A stretch of 64,000 nucleotides of DNA from Octopus sinensis (GCF_006345805.1 NC_043005.1:85560001-85624000), one strand, 5' to 3'. Counted from the first letter of the stretch, positions 37,845-52,187 are shown. The notes: generated by a model from the letters alone, not told the origin. A program made the numbers and translations.

Positions 37845-38065
37845 GCCTGCAGCCCACGGTACCATGCTATCCGTTGCTTTTAGCCATCTAATACTTTCCT
37901 GATTATTCTGGCTGTGCAAAGGAGGCAAACATTTTGTAACAGTTCTACTGGGTATTCTATTTCAATTTCCTTTATATTCCCCTTGATGCTTTCCGATACT
38001 GTTCCCATGATCCAACAGTAATGAGTACTATCTTCATCTTCTTCATTTTCCATAGCCGAGATATT
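37845..38065 (-). mobile_element. R4/Dong-type LINE extreme 3' fragment
   Basis: KMKIVLITVGS-fs-GTVSESIKGNIKEIEIEYPVELLQNVCLLCTARIIRKVLDG*; the Q...LLGTARIxRKVL terminus shared with the 4693 and 45714 elements. Confidence 0.7.
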
Positions 38066-38557
38066 TCGCACTTAAGAGGCTCGTATGTGTATATATGTGT
38101 ATTTTTGTCTTCCTTCCTTCTTGTCTGAGTTTTTCTTTCAATTTTGTTTCCATTTTTCGGCGAGTGTCTTCCCGATACCAAGGGCAAAGAAATTCTCTGT
38201 ATTCATTGATGGGTCATTTAAAATAAACACACCAAGTCGCTCATTTATAAGTACAAACGACGTTATATATAAAAAGTATTTACATAGGTGATAATCATTC
38301 TCACAATGACTATAGTCTTCTCAATACGTGTAAATTACCAGTTTAATCAATCTTTTGCACTTCTTACAACGATGGTAAGCTAGCGATCATTCTCAAATAA
38401 CTTTCAGTTCCTTTGTTGATCATTCCCAGTACTTCTACAATCACTGGTTTGTAATCGCCTTGAGATGCCACAGTTTTTCGATTTCAATCAGTAAATCCAT
38501 ATATGTTTTGAATTTGTTAACTTTTGTCGAAATATGACCATGTTATTGCATATTATT

Positions 38558-39894
38558 GAGTTGTCTGGAAAGTTCATGCCGATTTTTAAAGGAAAGAAAA
38601 AGGTCAATAAATACTTGCCATTACATTTTTAATCAACCAAATACGAACCATTTTGTTGCGCAATGCGTCTCCATCTTTCATTTAACTTGAAAATACCCTC
38701 TTCCCAGAATTGAGGTGGTTTCATGGCAAACAATTCATCAAAGTATCTTTTTACGTCTTCCAAGGAATTGAAATTGTTACCATTAAGACTATTCTGCAGA
38801 GGCCTGAATAAGTGGAAATCTAAAGGAGCAATATCTGGTGAATATAGAAGGTAGGGTTACACATCCCAGCCGAGCCGCAGCAATTTTTTTCTGGTTCCTA
38901 AAGAAACATGCGGTCTTGCATTATCATGTTGGAAAACAACACCCTTCCTGTTGGCCAATTCTGGACGTTTCTCTTGAATTGCTGCTTTTAACTTTTTCTG
39001 TTGTGTACAGTATTTCTCAGAATTAATTGTCTGGTTACTTGGGAGAAGCTCACTAGATATTGCTCCTTTAGATTTCCACTTATTCAGGCCTCTGCAGAAT
39101 AGTCTTAATGGAACAGAATTCCTTTCCAATCCCACCAGACACAAAGCAAATCGTTTTTAGGGTGAAGACCCGCTTTTGGAATGGCTATGGGTAGCTCATG
39201 TCGCTAACTCTAGGATCGCTTTCTCTGAACATTTCGTTAGATAATCCATTTCTCATCACCTGTCACGATTTGCTTTAAAAAAGGTGTGTTTTCATTCCGT
39301 TTATAAAGCGAATCACAAGATGGAAATGCGATCGAAAAGGTTCTTCTCATTCAACTCATGTGGTACCCAAACATCGTAGCGATTTGTGTACCCAAGCTTT
39401 ACCACGTGCTCATGAACGACAGATTTTGATAGGTTAAGGCTTTCTGCCAATTCTCGGGCTGTGCAATGCGGGTTATTCTCAATTAATTACTTGATTTAGT
39501 CATCCTCTGTAGTGGATGGCTGCTTGATCGCTCTTTATCAATAAGGCTACAATCTCCAGCTCGGAACCTTGCGAACCACTTCCGTACAGTTCGTTCGGAT
39601 AAAGAAACATCACTGTAAACTGCGCATATTTCTTTGGTTGCTTGTGAGGCATTTTTCCCTTTACGGAAAAGAAAAGCATCAAGTGCCGAAAATGAACTTT
39701 CTTATCTTCCATTTTAAAGGGTTACAGAATTAACACAGCTTATAAGAACATAAACCTTCTTCCACGAAAAGACAGCTTAAACTGTGCTCTAAATGGAGGT
39801 GTAGTCAAATCCTATTTTATTGACTCAACCATATTCCAAAATAAGTCGAAAGGTAAGCTACTATAAATCGGCACGAACTTTCCGGACAACCCAA
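38558..39894 (-). mobile_element. Full-length mariner (mellifera-subfamily-like), disabled transposase, TA target duplication
   Basis: TIRs ttgagttgtctggaaagttcatgccgattt / aaatcggcacgaactttccggacaacccaa flanked by TA. Minus ORF pieces: MEDKKVHFRHLMLFF.RKGKNASQA, WVPHEL, TGDEKW, CVWWDWKG, ELLPSNQTINSEKYC, FQHDNARPH, SPDIAPxDFHLFR. Confidence 0.93.
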
Positions 39895-41294
39895 TACTTA
39901 ATACCATTGCAGTTGTTGTTGCTGTTGGATTTGCTACTCACCAATGTTATTACAACTGTTCTTGCTGTTGTTGTTGTTGTCTTTCTTCCATACTATTCTC
40001 GATGCCGCCACATTCAGTTCTCTCACAGACGATGTTGTTGGTGTGGTCGTACCCAACGTTATTGTCGCATTGGACTTGTTTTTGTTATTGGTGGTGGTGT
40101 TGAAAGAGGCGTTGGTTTTGGTGGGAGAACAGTTTTATTGAAACTGTTACTCTCCTTGTTGTTGTTGTTGTTGTTGTTGTTGTTGCTGCTGCTTCTGCCG
40201 TTGTTCGTTATTTTGTGGAAATTAACTGTTACAAACTTAAATAGATTTTATTAACTGAAATTGCTTTTGAAGATGCGAATTGATGCTGTGATCAATCTAA
40301 TAGAATCAATGATACAGATTCATTGCCAAGTTTATATTCTCGATTCAGAGAAGAAAAAAAAAAAGAAAAGAAAAAAAGAACACCTTTTCTTTATGGTTCG
40401 GTTTGTTTATTTGGAGTGAGAAGCTGAAGTGTCTGTAACCTGAAATAGGCCTTCTCATACAAAAAAAAAAAAAAAAATACAAAACTGCTGACACTACTAC
40501 TGCTGCTACTGCTGTTCTAAAATAGACTAATTGATATCGTAGCTTCAAAGAAACATGTCTGTTAGAAATAAGATAACCGATGCACCACTTGAAAAGCAGT
40601 TGGTCTCGGATGTGTATATACGATAGCATGTGTATGATATCCGATTTAAGACGTAACAAATACCAAAATTAGCAAATTTTATGTTATAAATCATTGATGC
40701 AGTTATTTAGACGTTGGTCAGCTGTGATGGAGCAGAGCAGACCACTGGCCACAGGGGGTTTTAATTGTGGGAATCACGTCCTTTTAAGAGTTTACCTAGA
40801 TCCATATTAGAGAACATGCAATATCATTTCTCGTGATGGTGTGCATGTAATATAAATAAATAATCAACCATATACATTGGTGGACTGCTGGTTCTTACAG
40901 TCACAAATTCACGCTAAGCTGAGTGGAAATTTCTTATTCTGTTTATTTAACCAGGAACTTAATGTATACATTTTTACAGCAGTTGGAGAAAGAATAGCAT
41001 TTGAGAATTAAGAAATAAAAGAACGTTTGGTCACTGCAGTAAGCTGAAATATAATACCACAAAAACTTATAATTAGTGAGGACAGATTAAGTTAAGCAAA
41101 TAAAAATGACATTTTATGAGATTTACCGACAGAGTCCCGGGTAGTGTTTACAGCCGTTATTTGCATTTGAGGCTAGAATAACTGAGAAGACATTGAACAA
41201 CGGAAAATTACATAACTTCTTGTAGAATCTGATAGTTCTTTATTTTGTTAGATTTGTCCACCTTTTTATGTACCATACCCAAAACGTCCTCTAA

Positions 41295-41515
41295 ACCTAT
41301 TTCTTTACTACCCACAAGAGGCTAAACACTGAAGGGACAGACAAACGGATTAAGTCGATTATATCGACCCCAGTGTGTAACTGGTACTTAATTTATCGAC
41401 CCCGAAAGGATGAAAGGCAAAGTCGACCTCGGCGAGATTTGAACTCAGAACGTAACGGCAGACGAAATATGACTACGCATTTAGCCCGGCTTGCTAACGA
41501 TTCTGCCAGCTCACC
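41295..41515 (-). mobile_element. SINE family A copy
   Basis: Head, body and tail in reverse. Confidence 0.85.
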
Positions 41516-42352
41516 ACTCTATCGTTCTCTAAACCATTTGGTTTATAAAACATTCTAAAAACCATTTGGCGAGAAAATTCCAGCTTTCTAATGATTTTGG
41601 TTCACTCACAGCCATGTGAGTCTTTTAGGGAAGCCATGGTTCAAAGTTAGGGAATATGAATATGATGGTTCTAAACAGACTGTCATCTCGCTACAAGAGT
41701 AAGGTGTCGTTTGAGGTCTATAAGCCCATGCAACCACATAGATGTATGCTATAGTTCATGTGCGAGTCATGTGGGCAGCAAGAATTTGTTGCAGAGGTAC
41801 AAAGTTTCATCCATTTAGAGAAGAAAACAGCCAATTGTAAGGAGCCGGGTACTAAACGTTTTCTTATTCATCGACTTTGAAATATTAAAATGCAAACAAA
41901 GACTTCATCTAGATGTGACGTGAGAAGTTAAAGAAACCAGTCTATGTACTGTAAAGTTTTTTCTTTGACATTTACCGATCCTGCTATCCATCGTCCCCAT
42001 TTTGCCCTACATCCTACATCGACTACTTTGTTACAGGTGTATAATGATGGCTTCCGGTTTTAAGAACAAGGCAAGCAGTTTGAAGGGAGAGGTAGGTCGA
42101 TAACTTATACAGTGCTTCATCGACCCCAGAAGGATGAAAGGTAGACTTAAGTGCAAACATTTAGACTCGAAAGCAATGTCGCAAAGCTTTTTGTCCAGCG
42201 TCTCAACGCTTCTTACATTTCGCTGATTTGTGTAGAATCATAATGCATGAGGATTCATAACATTCGGCAGAAGGACAATTGTTTCTCAGTCAGAAAAAGA
42301 TCCACACATACATACTTCTTATATACAAATATAAATGTATACATATACATGC

Positions 42353-42354
<2 letters not shown>

Positions 42355-42390
<36 letters not shown>

Positions 42391-42520
42391 GGTGAGAGAG
42401 AGTGAGAGAGAGAGAGAGAAAAGAGAGAGAGAGATAGAAAGAGAGAGAGAGAAATAGAGAGAGAGAGAGAAAGAGAGAGAGAGAGGGTGAGAGAGAGTGT
42501 GTGAGAGAGAGAGAGAGAAA
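42355..42520. repeat. (GA)n polypurine microsatellite
   Basis: Read directly. Confidence 0.95.
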
Positions 42521-42636
42521 GATTACTAGCACTGTTAATTTATATGTTTAAAACTTCCCAAACCTTACCTCTTCTGGAAATCGTTTGTGTAGGTTATTTA
42601 TACAAGTGTTTTATTAAGACCTTGTGAATTTCCTTT

Positions 42637-42965
42637 CATCATCATCATCATTGTTCGACCGTGGTCGAGACAATGAAATTTACCATGCTATGCCAGACTT
42701 CATGGTCCATCATGGCATTACGGAGGTCCTGTTGCTGGATGTCTGTATCCCTGGAGATTATATCAGGGTAGGAGAGTGTGCGCCCTCTGGTGTTGCGAGT
42801 AGATGGCTTCCAGAGGAGAAGTGTAGAAATTGCCTCGTTTTCAGCTCTACAACAATGTCCAGCAAACTGGACTCTCCTACCTTTCACAAGAGATGACACA
42901 GGTGGTAGTTTCCCATATATTTGCATTTTGGTTGGATGACGCTTCCACGAGAGATTTTGAGATTT
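42637..42965 (-). mobile_element. RTE-group LINE 3' fragment, copy 1
   Basis: NLSWKRHPTKMQIYGKLPPVSSLVKGRRVQFAGHCCRAENEAISTLLLWKP...YPDIISRDT..DLRNAMMDHEVW, then a (GAT)n tail; homologous to 63580-64000. Confidence 0.8.
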
Positions 42966-44057
42966 TCATGGTTGGAGGATAGGCCGATTTTTCTTCATAA
43001 CATATGAGACATTCATGAGCGTAGGGCATCATCTATCCACTGGAGACCTAACTCTCATGGTCAACATTTTTATGCTGCTTATATTCTTACGCAGCATCTT
43101 TTCCCAATTTTTGAAGAAATCTGCGCAAATCGTCATTGTGCTCCGTCTGGTTAACATCTTTATAAATACAAAGAACATTCCCACTTTGAGGGAACGAGAC
43201 TTAGTTATTTAGTTCTCGATATTTTTGTTGTTAATGTGAGCAAAACTCTGTATCTTGCCAGTTGTGACTGGAAAAGAGGTTTTTTTGGGTCTTGTGAGTC
43301 GCTCTTGATTACCAGAACTTGTCAGTTTTATTTCCACTCCAGATTTGTACTTGGTTTCGCCTTTGAAGCATCAACCGCCATTGATTTAATCGATCAAGCT
43401 TTCTATAAATAACGATCTGAAATGGTTTTTGCTGCCAAATGTGTAGCAGCTAGGTCTTCTACTTTGGTTGTTGAATGTTATGGCCTTCCTCTTAGCACCC
43501 GCAATAAGAAACAATCCTCGTTTTATTTTTCAGGCTTGCAAGGTCATGAGGATTTAAATAGCAATAGTAACCCCATCCGACCACATATCACTTAATGTTG
43601 TGCCGGCGCTGATCAGCTGTCATATCGTACTACATTTCTGATCTTCGAGACAGAGGCTGGAGCCGTCTTCGATATACGTCACCGTATCCTTTGCGTTTGT
43701 TTGTTCCACATATCGTTCCCCAATGCAAATGACTCTGGTTATGTGACATCAAAGGAAACTAAAATGATATTCCACAACTCAAAGATGTCACAGATTTCAA
43801 TGTACCAGGGGTCCTACGTTGCTGTTAACAAAAAAACAAAAAAAACAAAAGACGCATTTTGTACTTCATCGAACGGAATTGTACTCAGAACGTAAAGAAA
43901 CACAGCGATGCGAGGCAAAATATTAAAGTACCATATTCACTGTTCTTCTGATCTTCATATTCACCAATTTTACAGTAACATAAATAATAATGATGATAAT
44001 AGTAATAATTATAATAATAATTATAATAATAATTATAATAATAATAAAAAAAAAAAA

Positions 44058-44111
<54 letters not shown>

Positions 44112-44114
44112 TGG

Positions 44115-44325
44115 TTTTCAAATTTTGGCACAAAGCCAGTAATTTCGGTTGAGGAATAAGCCGATTACATCGACCCCAGTGATCAGCTGGTACTTACTCT
44201 ATCGACACATGAAGGATGAAAGCATAGTCAACTTCAGCGGCATTGGAACACAGAAAGCAAGAACGGACGAAAGTTTGCTCGGCATCTTGTCCGGCGTGCA
44301 AACGATTCTGCTAACTCGCCGCCTT
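44115..44325 (-). mobile_element. SINE family A copy ending in (TAA)n
   Basis: Body motifs; tail abuts the 43990-44110 (AAT)n tract. Confidence 0.75.
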
Positions 44326-44624
44326 AATAATAATGATTTCTTTATTAACCTCAAAGGTTTGCATAAAGAAAAACATTAAGGACAACGCAGGACAAAACAA
44401 TGAATGTGTGTGTGTGTGTGTGCATATGTGTGAGTGTGTGTGTGTGTGCATATGTGTGAGTGTGTGTATGTGTGTGAGGGTTTTGCGTGTAAACAAGACT
44501 AACAAAATTTTAAAATATCAACAAAGTGTGATCCTCAATAGGGAGGTGACGTTCGAGGGCTGCTCATGTTAAAACCTCATAAAAAAAAACCGTGGGTACC
44601 CAGACTTTTGGGGCAGGTGCCTTT

Positions 44625-44865
44625 TTTCTTTCCTTTTTTCCAACTACAACCGCATTATTTCTTCACTGCCCACAAGGGGCTACACACAGAGGGGACAAAC
44701 AAAGACAGACAAACGGATTAAGTCGATTATATCGACCCCAGTGCATAACTGGTACTTATTTAATCGACCCAGAAGGGATGAAAGGTAAAGACAACCTCGG
44801 CGGAATTTGAACTCAGAACGTTGCGGCAGACGAAATACCGCTAAGCATTTCGCCCGGCGTGCTAA
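44625..44865 (-). mobile_element. SINE family A copy
   Basis: Near-consensus body and head. Confidence 0.88.
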
Positions 44866-44869
44866 CACC

Positions 44870-44965
44870 GTATGCCGAGGGCAGGCACGTTCACTCGCAC
44901 AATTCTCGCCACATTCATCCACATTTCAGCAAACTGGCTAGAAAACAACACTTCCATCGCTACCC
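44870..44965 (-). mobile_element. Tiny Tx1-like 3' remnant
   Basis: RVAMEVLFSSQFAEMWMNVARIVRVN resembles RVEREALTPSELIERWRKVAKMARMD at the end of the 10.1-kb element. Confidence 0.4.
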
Positions 44966-44988
44966 TTATTATTATTATTATTATTATT

Positions 44989-45650
<662 letters not shown>

Positions 45651-45713
45651 CATTATTATTGTTATTATCATCATTAACTAATTAATTATTATCATCATCA
45701 TTATTATTTTATT

Positions 45714-46154
45714 GCCTTTGCACAGCTTCTAACGCTGGAGATGTACTACAGTGTGAGCTGTTCATTACCAGTGAACTAAGGTAACACCCCTTATTTTTCG
45801 AGCACCTTCCGGAATATTCGAGCTGTTCCAAGCCGTGCTGTTTTCTGCAAGTGCTCCACCTTTATTGCAGCCTCTATTTCTTCCACGCATCTCTCCAGAT
45901 TCTTGCTCACTGTTCCCAGGATTCCGAGAATTATTGGTACTACTACCACTTTTTTTATCAACCACAGCTGCTATACCTCCCAAGCTAACCTGTAATATCT
46001 CTCAACTTTTCTTTCTTCCTTATCGCATACGTTGTTGTCAGCTGGGCATGCTATATCTATGATCCAGCATAGTTTGCTTTCTTTCTCAATAAAGACTATG
46101 TTTGGCTTCCTATTCTCTCTCTCATGGTCGCACTGAATCAAAATATACCACAAT
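45714..46154 (-). mobile_element. R4/Dong-clade LINE 3' fragment (REL endonuclease)
   Basis: LWYILIQCDHERENRKPNIVFIEKESKLCWIIDIACPAD..KEERKVERY..LAWEV*QLW..VVVVPIILGILGTVSKNL..LQKTARLGTARIFRKVLEK*; the 3' end abuts (TAA)n on its own strand. Confidence 0.85.
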
Positions 46155-46237
46155 CTTTGCATTTCTATTTTCGACGATACTTTCGGGTTTATAGTCGTAC
46201 CAATTGTTTACTCTGTCAAGTCCATACTTGTTGCAAA

Positions 46238-46282
<45 letters not shown>

Positions 46283-46408
46283 TTATTATTATTATTATTA
46301 TTATTACTATTATTATTATCATTACTATTATTATTACTGTTACTGTTATTATTATTATTATTATTATCACCATCATCATCATCATTATTATTATCTTTTG
46401 TATGATAA

Positions 46409-46461
<53 letters not shown>

Positions 46462-46809
46462 TACAAATAGGAAATAAGTATGAATATTCTAATGTCAGTT
46501 TTATATTTGCAGTAAAGGTAAATGGAGTTTTGATAATATATCTATGAATATGAATTCTGAATTTAACATAAAATAGAGATTGTTGAAGAAGAAATAAAAT
46601 CAATGACAGCAGTCCGAAAATAAAATAAGGATAAAAAATATATATATATATATAATAAAATATGATTGAAATGAATGGTGTAAATATTTAAGATATCATC
46701 CAACGAAATATGGAGATGAGAAAAGAAACAAAATTCACACACACACACACACTTATACATATATATAAGTATATACACATATACATATACATATATATAT
46801 ATATATTAT

Positions 46810-46865
<56 letters not shown>

Positions 46866-46930
46866 AGTATCTATTAAGTTTATATTATTTGCTTCTACTA
46901 ATGTGATATATATATATACAGATGGATAGT

Positions 46931-46974
<44 letters not shown>

Positions 46975-47399
46975 GAGATATGTATGCATGTATACATACA
47001 TCTATATATAAATACATTATATATATTTGATAGATATATATATATTATACATATATATTATATATACATATATCTAGGCATATATATATGTATATATATA
47101 TATGAATATATAAGTGTATGTACATATATTTTATATATATATATATAACATACACACACACGCATATATATGTGTGCGTGCGTGTGTATGCATATATATA
47201 CACATACACATGCACAGGTACATTGACACACAGACACATACACAAATAATGAAACTAGCTAGTCAAGAGAAGCTCTGTAAGAGCTAAAAGCAGCGTTCAT
47301 ACTGGCAAGTAATATTTAACGCTACCTGAACACAGGTGTTCCCGTGGAATAACAATATCTTTGGCTCCTACGCAAAACCTGCGTTTAAGTTGAGTTAAA

Positions 47400-47680
47400 T
47401 ATTACTTGGGAAGGGAATACTCGGACATTCCTATACTCCCTTCCTGCAGGTGACACTCTCATGGTATCCAAAAATATCAGAAACGTAAGAGTAATTGCAG
47501 ACAACAACTCAAGCTGGGCTCCTCATATAAACATCGAAGTCGACATGGCCTGCAAAATCTAATCATGGATTCTCAGAACTTGCCAGTCGAGCGATATTCA
47601 CACCATTATTATTCTTCTTTTCTCCACCTTTGCCCGACCTGACCTTGAATACTGTTGCCCTCTCTTTTCCATTTGTTTCT
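47400..47680 (+). mobile_element. CR1/L2-like LINE relic
   Basis: ..[35 protein letters not shown]; the segment just upstream of, and overlapping, the CCPLWSP fragment at 433. Confidence 0.7.
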
Positions 47681-47906
47681 CTCGTTGTCTGCATACGCAA
47701 GTTCGTCTTCATATTTCATGTTGTTTTTGTATTACATGTTGTTTATGCTTTGTGACGTCATGTACCCATATATGCATATATATATACATATATATGCATT
47801 TATGTATGTGTATATATGTATGTATATATAGCATATATATATATATTTATTTATATCATATATATATATATATATATATACATACATACATACATACATA
47901 TATACA

Positions 47907-47939
<33 letters not shown>

Positions 47940-47954
47940 TATATATATATATAT

Positions 47955-47985
<31 letters not shown>

Positions 47986-48665
47986 TATCTATATCTATAT
48001 AAATGTATCTACTATATATTTATATAGGTATCTATGTAAGTAGATTATGAGAATAGTTTATGGTGTAGGCAGAAGAGTGTGAGTTATTAAGATATTTACA
48101 TGTTTAGCAGTTAGATAAAATTATTGGTTTGAGATGCTTTAGTGTTTTTAATATTTTGTGCTTGCATGGAGAGACTAGTTGAGACTTTTGGTTAATAATT
48201 ACGTCGATGAATGTGAAAATGTGGTAGGATTCATTAGTACAAGATTGGCAGGTTTTGTCGTTATCTTTGTATTGTTGTGCACATAAGAGTATTTCCCAAT
48301 TGATGTTATACAGAATATTTGTTTTTATTTTAATGCCCATATATGTCTGGAAGAAATTTTGTATGTACAAATATATATACGAGTGCTGCTGAAACGTTTA
48401 TCATAATCTTGGCTGCTACTTTACAGCTAAGTGATTTCTATAATGCGTATTAATAATTGTTATGAGCTACAGAGCAACAGTGGAAGAAGTATGGATAAAC
48501 ACAAGTTTATATTATTGCTTATATTATATTTCCAACGGACGTTTCAGTATTATGCTTGTTTAGAGCCCTGCAATAGTTATTCCATGTGCGCTAAAGCAAT
48601 AAAGTGTTCTCTGATGATACTTTGTGGCTGAGCATCTAAATGCACTTGAAACATCTAAAGGATGG

Positions 48666-48750
<85 letters not shown>

Positions 48751-48772
48751 GTCTGTCTGTCTGTCTGTCTGA

Positions 48773-48806
<34 letters not shown>

Positions 48807-48835
48807 GTCTGTATGTCTGTCTGTCTGTCTATCTT

Positions 48836-48895
<60 letters not shown>

Positions 48896-48935
48896 CCTAT
48901 CTATTTAGCTATCTATCTATCTATCTGTTTATCTA

Positions 48936-48970
<35 letters not shown>

Positions 48971-48991
48971 GTCTGTTTATCTATCTGTCTG

Positions 48992-49060
<69 letters not shown>

Positions 49061-49095
49061 TTATTTATACATCTATCTATGTATCTATCTATCCT
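48666..49095. repeat. Long (TATC)n/(TGTC)n microsatellite
   Basis: Read directly. Confidence 0.95.
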
Positions 49096-49139
49096 TTTCT
49101 CTATGTTTCCTCATTTTTTAAAATATCCTCATTTTTTAA

Positions 49140-49300
49140 AAGTTTCTCTTTCTGTTTATTTTCCCTTATTCCTTTCAGTTGAAGAGCGTAGGCTCGAAAC
49201 GTAAAAGACTTTCCCACTTTCCCAAGCGTCAAATTAATACACTTGCTTGTTGTTCATACACCTGTCTTCATCTTTTGTTTTTCTATAAATTTCACATATA
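49140..49300 (+). mobile_element. Family H1 short element (hammerhead-like, core CAGTTGA)
   Basis: cttt-CAGTTGA-A-GAG cgtagg CTC-GAAA-CGT-A-aaag at 49172-49207. Confidence 0.7.
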
Positions 49301-49547
49301 TTTGTATATATATATATCAAGACAAATCAGCACCAAAACAGGAAACACCAACAAGAGTCAACTGGACGTGCGTAGTGAATATATTAGAATGACGTTCAGT
49401 GAAAGTTTTAGATGGAAGATAAGTGTAATGTTTCGAGCATGGCTCTTTGTCGGAAAGGAAAGCATAAGGAAGGAACAGAGTTCGAGAAAAGCACCTCTGT
49501 CGTTACATAACTGAACAGAAGTTGGAGAGATATTAGAGAATGTGGTC

Positions 49548-49617
<70 letters not shown>

Positions 49618-49671
49618 TATATGTATATATATATGTATATATATATGTATATATATACATATATATATATA

Positions 49672-50054
49672 CTAGCATTATCGCCCGGCGTTGCTCAGGT
49701 TTGTAAGGGAAATAACTATAAAGCATTTTTAGAGAGTTATAGCCAAAAAATAGCAAAAAAATGGAAAAAAATGATGGTAAATTTTTTTTGAGATTTAAAA
49801 AAGGTGGAGTTGCATCCCCTAGACAGTTTGTGGTTCGTGTTTCTGATTCTCGACCCCATGTCGAATTTATCGATTTTTTCAGAACTGGGGGAACTTTTCA
49901 AAATTTTCGCTGCGTTAGTTTTGAATTATGACATTGGGCTATGTGTGTGTCAAGTTTCATCAGAATCGGTTGAAAGCCGTGGTCAGGGTGAGGGTACAAG
50001 CAAACAGACACACAGAAACACGCACAGACAAACTGCCGTTTATATATAGAGAGA
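49672..50054 (-). mobile_element. Non-autonomous Helitron
   Basis: Minus: A|TCtctctatatataaacggcag ... cctgagcaacgccgggcgataatgCTAG|T. 5' TC, subterminal GC-rich hairpin, 3' CTAG, insertion between A and T, no TSD. Confidence 0.75.
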
Positions 50055-50096
50055 TGAAAGAATGGAGTTGAACGACTAGTTAACAAATATCCTTTA

Positions 50097-50179
50097 TTCT
50101 CGACATATGTTTCGAAGGCTGCATATTCCTAATTCTGAAGGAATAAGGAGTACATTATGCAGATTTCTCATTAGGAAAA
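50097..50179 (-). ncRNA. Decayed type I hammerhead-like fold
   Basis: ttttc-CTAATGA-gaa..ctgcata//tatgcag..ttc-GAAA-catatgt-C-gagaa; G5 is mutated to A; same acatatgt helix III as at 13664. Confidence 0.6.
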
Positions 50180-50281
50180 TCAAGGAACTTATGTCGACAT
50201 CAAAATGCACAAAAAACTTTTAGCTGACCGCTCTCAAGGAGCCCATGGGGATAATGAGTGTCTCTTTATAATGAGTGACGT

Positions 50282-50333
50282 CAGAGTGGCTGAATGTAGA
50301 AGAATCTAGATTCTTCTACATTCAGCCACTCTG
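50282..50333. repeat. Perfect 52-bp palindrome, no spacer
   Basis: cagagtggctgaatgtagaagaatct|agattcttctacattcagccactctg. Confidence 0.95.
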
Positions 50334-51837
50334 TAGATAGGTGTGTGAACTGGACTATTCCTCTGATAGTTACCTCTGTTAGCCATGGAAACACAGTGCA
50401 GACACAGTAACATGGCCTACAACACCAAAAACGTCAACAACGGCCATCAATTTACGAGTTGCTTAGTTCTTCATTTCCACTTACTCATTTGTGCATTTCA
50501 TTAGAAGAGCAGAAAATAAAATGAAATAAGATAAAAACAAAATTTAAAAAACAACAAAACAATAGGAGTAAAACGCCAGAAAGCTATAACAAAACCGAAA
50601 TTCTGCAACAAAAGCAACGAAAATAACAACAGTCGCAGTGAACTCTGTCTTTGAAAGTAATGAGCAGTATTATAGACCGTGACAATGGCAGTCGCAACAG
50701 AAACTGCAGAATATTCTTGACGTTCTTAACTTATAATGTTAGTAACTTCAGGCAGTAGAAAACAGCAGCAATAACAACATCAACAACATCAACAACAATA
50801 TTGACAACTGTTGCTCTAATTTCAACGGCAGCAATGAATGCAAAACCATTATCGATAACCACATCAACAAACAGCAACTACAAGAGCGTCGCCGTTTCGT
50901 TCCGGCTCAGAGTGTTCTGAATTTAAATACCACCGAGGTCACGTTTCACCTTCATAATTTTCAGGTTCGATAAATAAATACTAGTTCAATAGTTACTTCG
51001 ATTTAACTCCCCCTAGCCTTCTGGCTTTCTGTCTTTCCTTTCCTTCTTTCTGTCCTTCTCTGACTGGTTTTTCTGAAAGACATCGGGTGTGGTCAAGCGT
51101 GGAGAAGGATAGCCAATACCAGATTTAGTTTCATAGAAAAGCTTCTATGAGACAGTGTTGCTGGAGTGACCAAAGCATGGTGATACCACTGACCACAACG
51201 ATATTAATAAGATATTGACTACAAGAATGCTACGTGTCACTAATAAACGTTGGAGTCACTTTATACCGCAACGACATGCTAGAAATAGCAGTGAAGCCAT
51301 GAGAATTATACAGTAGCATCTCATAAAGAGATCGTAAACAATGTTCAGAATATATATGGGGTTGTCTTTGCAACAACAACAACAACAACAAAACCACCCT
51401 CAGTCAAATAACTACACCACCACCACCGGTGACAGCGCTATTACTTCCACCGCCAGAACCTACACTGAAACCACAACAACCACCATCAACACCACCACTA
51501 CTACCTCCACTACCATTCTCACTAAGACGACCACCAATCTAAACACCACCACAACCACCACCACCATCACCACCACCACCACAACCTCAACCACCACCAC
51601 CACCACCACCACCACCACCACCACAACTACCATCGCCACCACGAACAACAACAACAACAAAAACGAAAACGGTAATGTCAAATGCAACATTAATGAGAAT
51701 AAAAAACATATACATCAAAGTCCAAGAACACAAGAACAGCAACCGAAGAAGTGAAACAAGGCATTGGTTTTGATCAACAATTTATGCATAAGTCTGTCAG
51801 TATTTACGAGTGCGTGCATATGTGTACGTGAGTGTAC

Positions 51838-51885
<48 letters not shown>

Positions 51886-51890
51886 ATGTG

Positions 51891-51938
<48 letters not shown>

Positions 51939-52140
51939 TGAATGTACATATATTTATATACATATACACAAGTATGTATACATATATGTATATGTATATT
52001 TACACACATACATATATATATGCATATGTATATATACATGTATGTATATACATATATATATATATATATGTATGTATATATATATATATATGAACATACA
52101 TGCATGTATGTATATAGATATGTATATATATGTATATATG

Positions 52141-52187
<47 letters not shown>

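Noticed and set aside
40980-41045. Plus-strand AG..GTAAGC exon-like segment
   Set aside because: Stops in all frames and no neighbouring supported exon; such site pairs arise by chance.
48605-48665. CTGATGA..GAAACATCT
   Set aside because: Helix III and helix I fail; at most a heavily decayed relic.
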